A stretch of DNA of 64,000 bases, taken from contig JAQAJI010000002.1 in the NCBI GenBank assembly GCA_028278665.1, forward strand, positions 8,380 to 72,379, in the 5' to 3' direction. This document shows positions 63,814-64,000 of this stretch, in pieces. Below the pieces are notes generated by a model. The model did no database searches. It saw only the letters and a program-made list of their open reading frames with translations, and was not told where the DNA came from. The translations under genes were made by a program, and so were the position numbers. The DNA comes from Candidatus Rariloculus versatilis (lineage in GTDB: Bacteria; Pseudomonadota; Gammaproteobacteria; Steroidobacterales; Rariloculaceae). Numbering within the stretch: the stretch's first letter is position 1; every line of letters starts with the position of its first letter.

Positions 63814-63869
63814 CGTTCATTCAGGCGCGTTCAAGGTGTGCACGTTCAAGGTTCGAACGGATGCGTTCC
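63814..63869 (+). promoter_or_regulatory. array of CGTTCA-type repeats upstream of glmS (candidate operator)
   Basis: CGTTCA at 63814, 63828 and 63843, and CGTTCC at 63864. The middle two belong to an exact 10-bp direct repeat CGTTCAAGGT (63828..63837 and 63843..63852). Confidence 0.35.
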
Positions 63870-63930
63870 AGCGCGCTCGAGCCTTGGACGGGGCGCCTTG
63901 AGCGGGACGTATTGAGAGGACGGACAGGCG

Positions 63931-64000
63931 ATGTGCGGAATAGTTGCTGCGATCGCGGAACGCAACGTCGTTCCGATCCTGGTCGAGGGGCTGCGGCGGC
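63931..64000 (+). CDS. glmS: glutamine--fructose-6-phosphate aminotransferase, 5' end only
   Basis: MCGIVAAIAERNVVPILVEGLRR, with the N-terminal nucleophile Cys2 and a typical GlmS opening. It continues beyond the window. Confidence 0.9.
   Translation, partial: MCGIVAAIAERNVVPILVEGLRR

Overview
This window is a high-GC, Gammaproteobacteria-like chromosomal segment around the replication origin. Nearly all of it is core housekeeping DNA. The gene order matches what I recall from Pseudomonas: glyRS-gmhB-plsC / gyrB-recF-dnaN-dnaA / rpmH-rnpA-yidC-mnmE / mnmG-rsmG-parA-parB / atpIBEFHAGDC / glmU-glmS.

The left half carries znuCB/znuA, qor, and an ABC-2/GldG-like/DUF4340 cluster. It also carries an M16 peptidase, pyrC, a PAS sigma-54 activator, an RRM protein and envC-ctpA. 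Further along are rhodanese-secB-gpsA, pyrD, a DRG-type GTPase, lpxA plus a Gfo/Idh/MocA oxidoreductase, and glnA-DUF4124-ntrBC.

I saw no rRNA, tRNA, CRISPR array, transposase, integrase or recognisable defence system. Many long ORFs in the six-frame track are antisense shadow ORFs of this high-GC DNA and are not called.

Items worth a second look:
1. A translationally coupled secreted triad sits between plsC and gyrB: two paralogous unknown proteins flanking a periplasmic MBL-fold hydrolase.
2. A perfect 22-bp inverted repeat with nested palindromes brackets the whole rsmG-parA spacer and touches the rsmG stop and the parA start.
3. mnmG alone is inverted relative to the conserved gene order.
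4. A PAS sigma-54 activator lies divergent from a near-consensus sigma-54 promoter that drives a 90-aa secreted peptide.
5. A single in-frame TAA splits a GldG-like gene.
6. A single-chain alpha2-type GlyRS occupies the usual glyQS slot, next to a GMC-oxidoreductase relic.
7. Two parS sites lie inside recF.

None of these is proven to be a novel system from sequence alone. All family assignments rest on motif recognition by eye, not on database searches.
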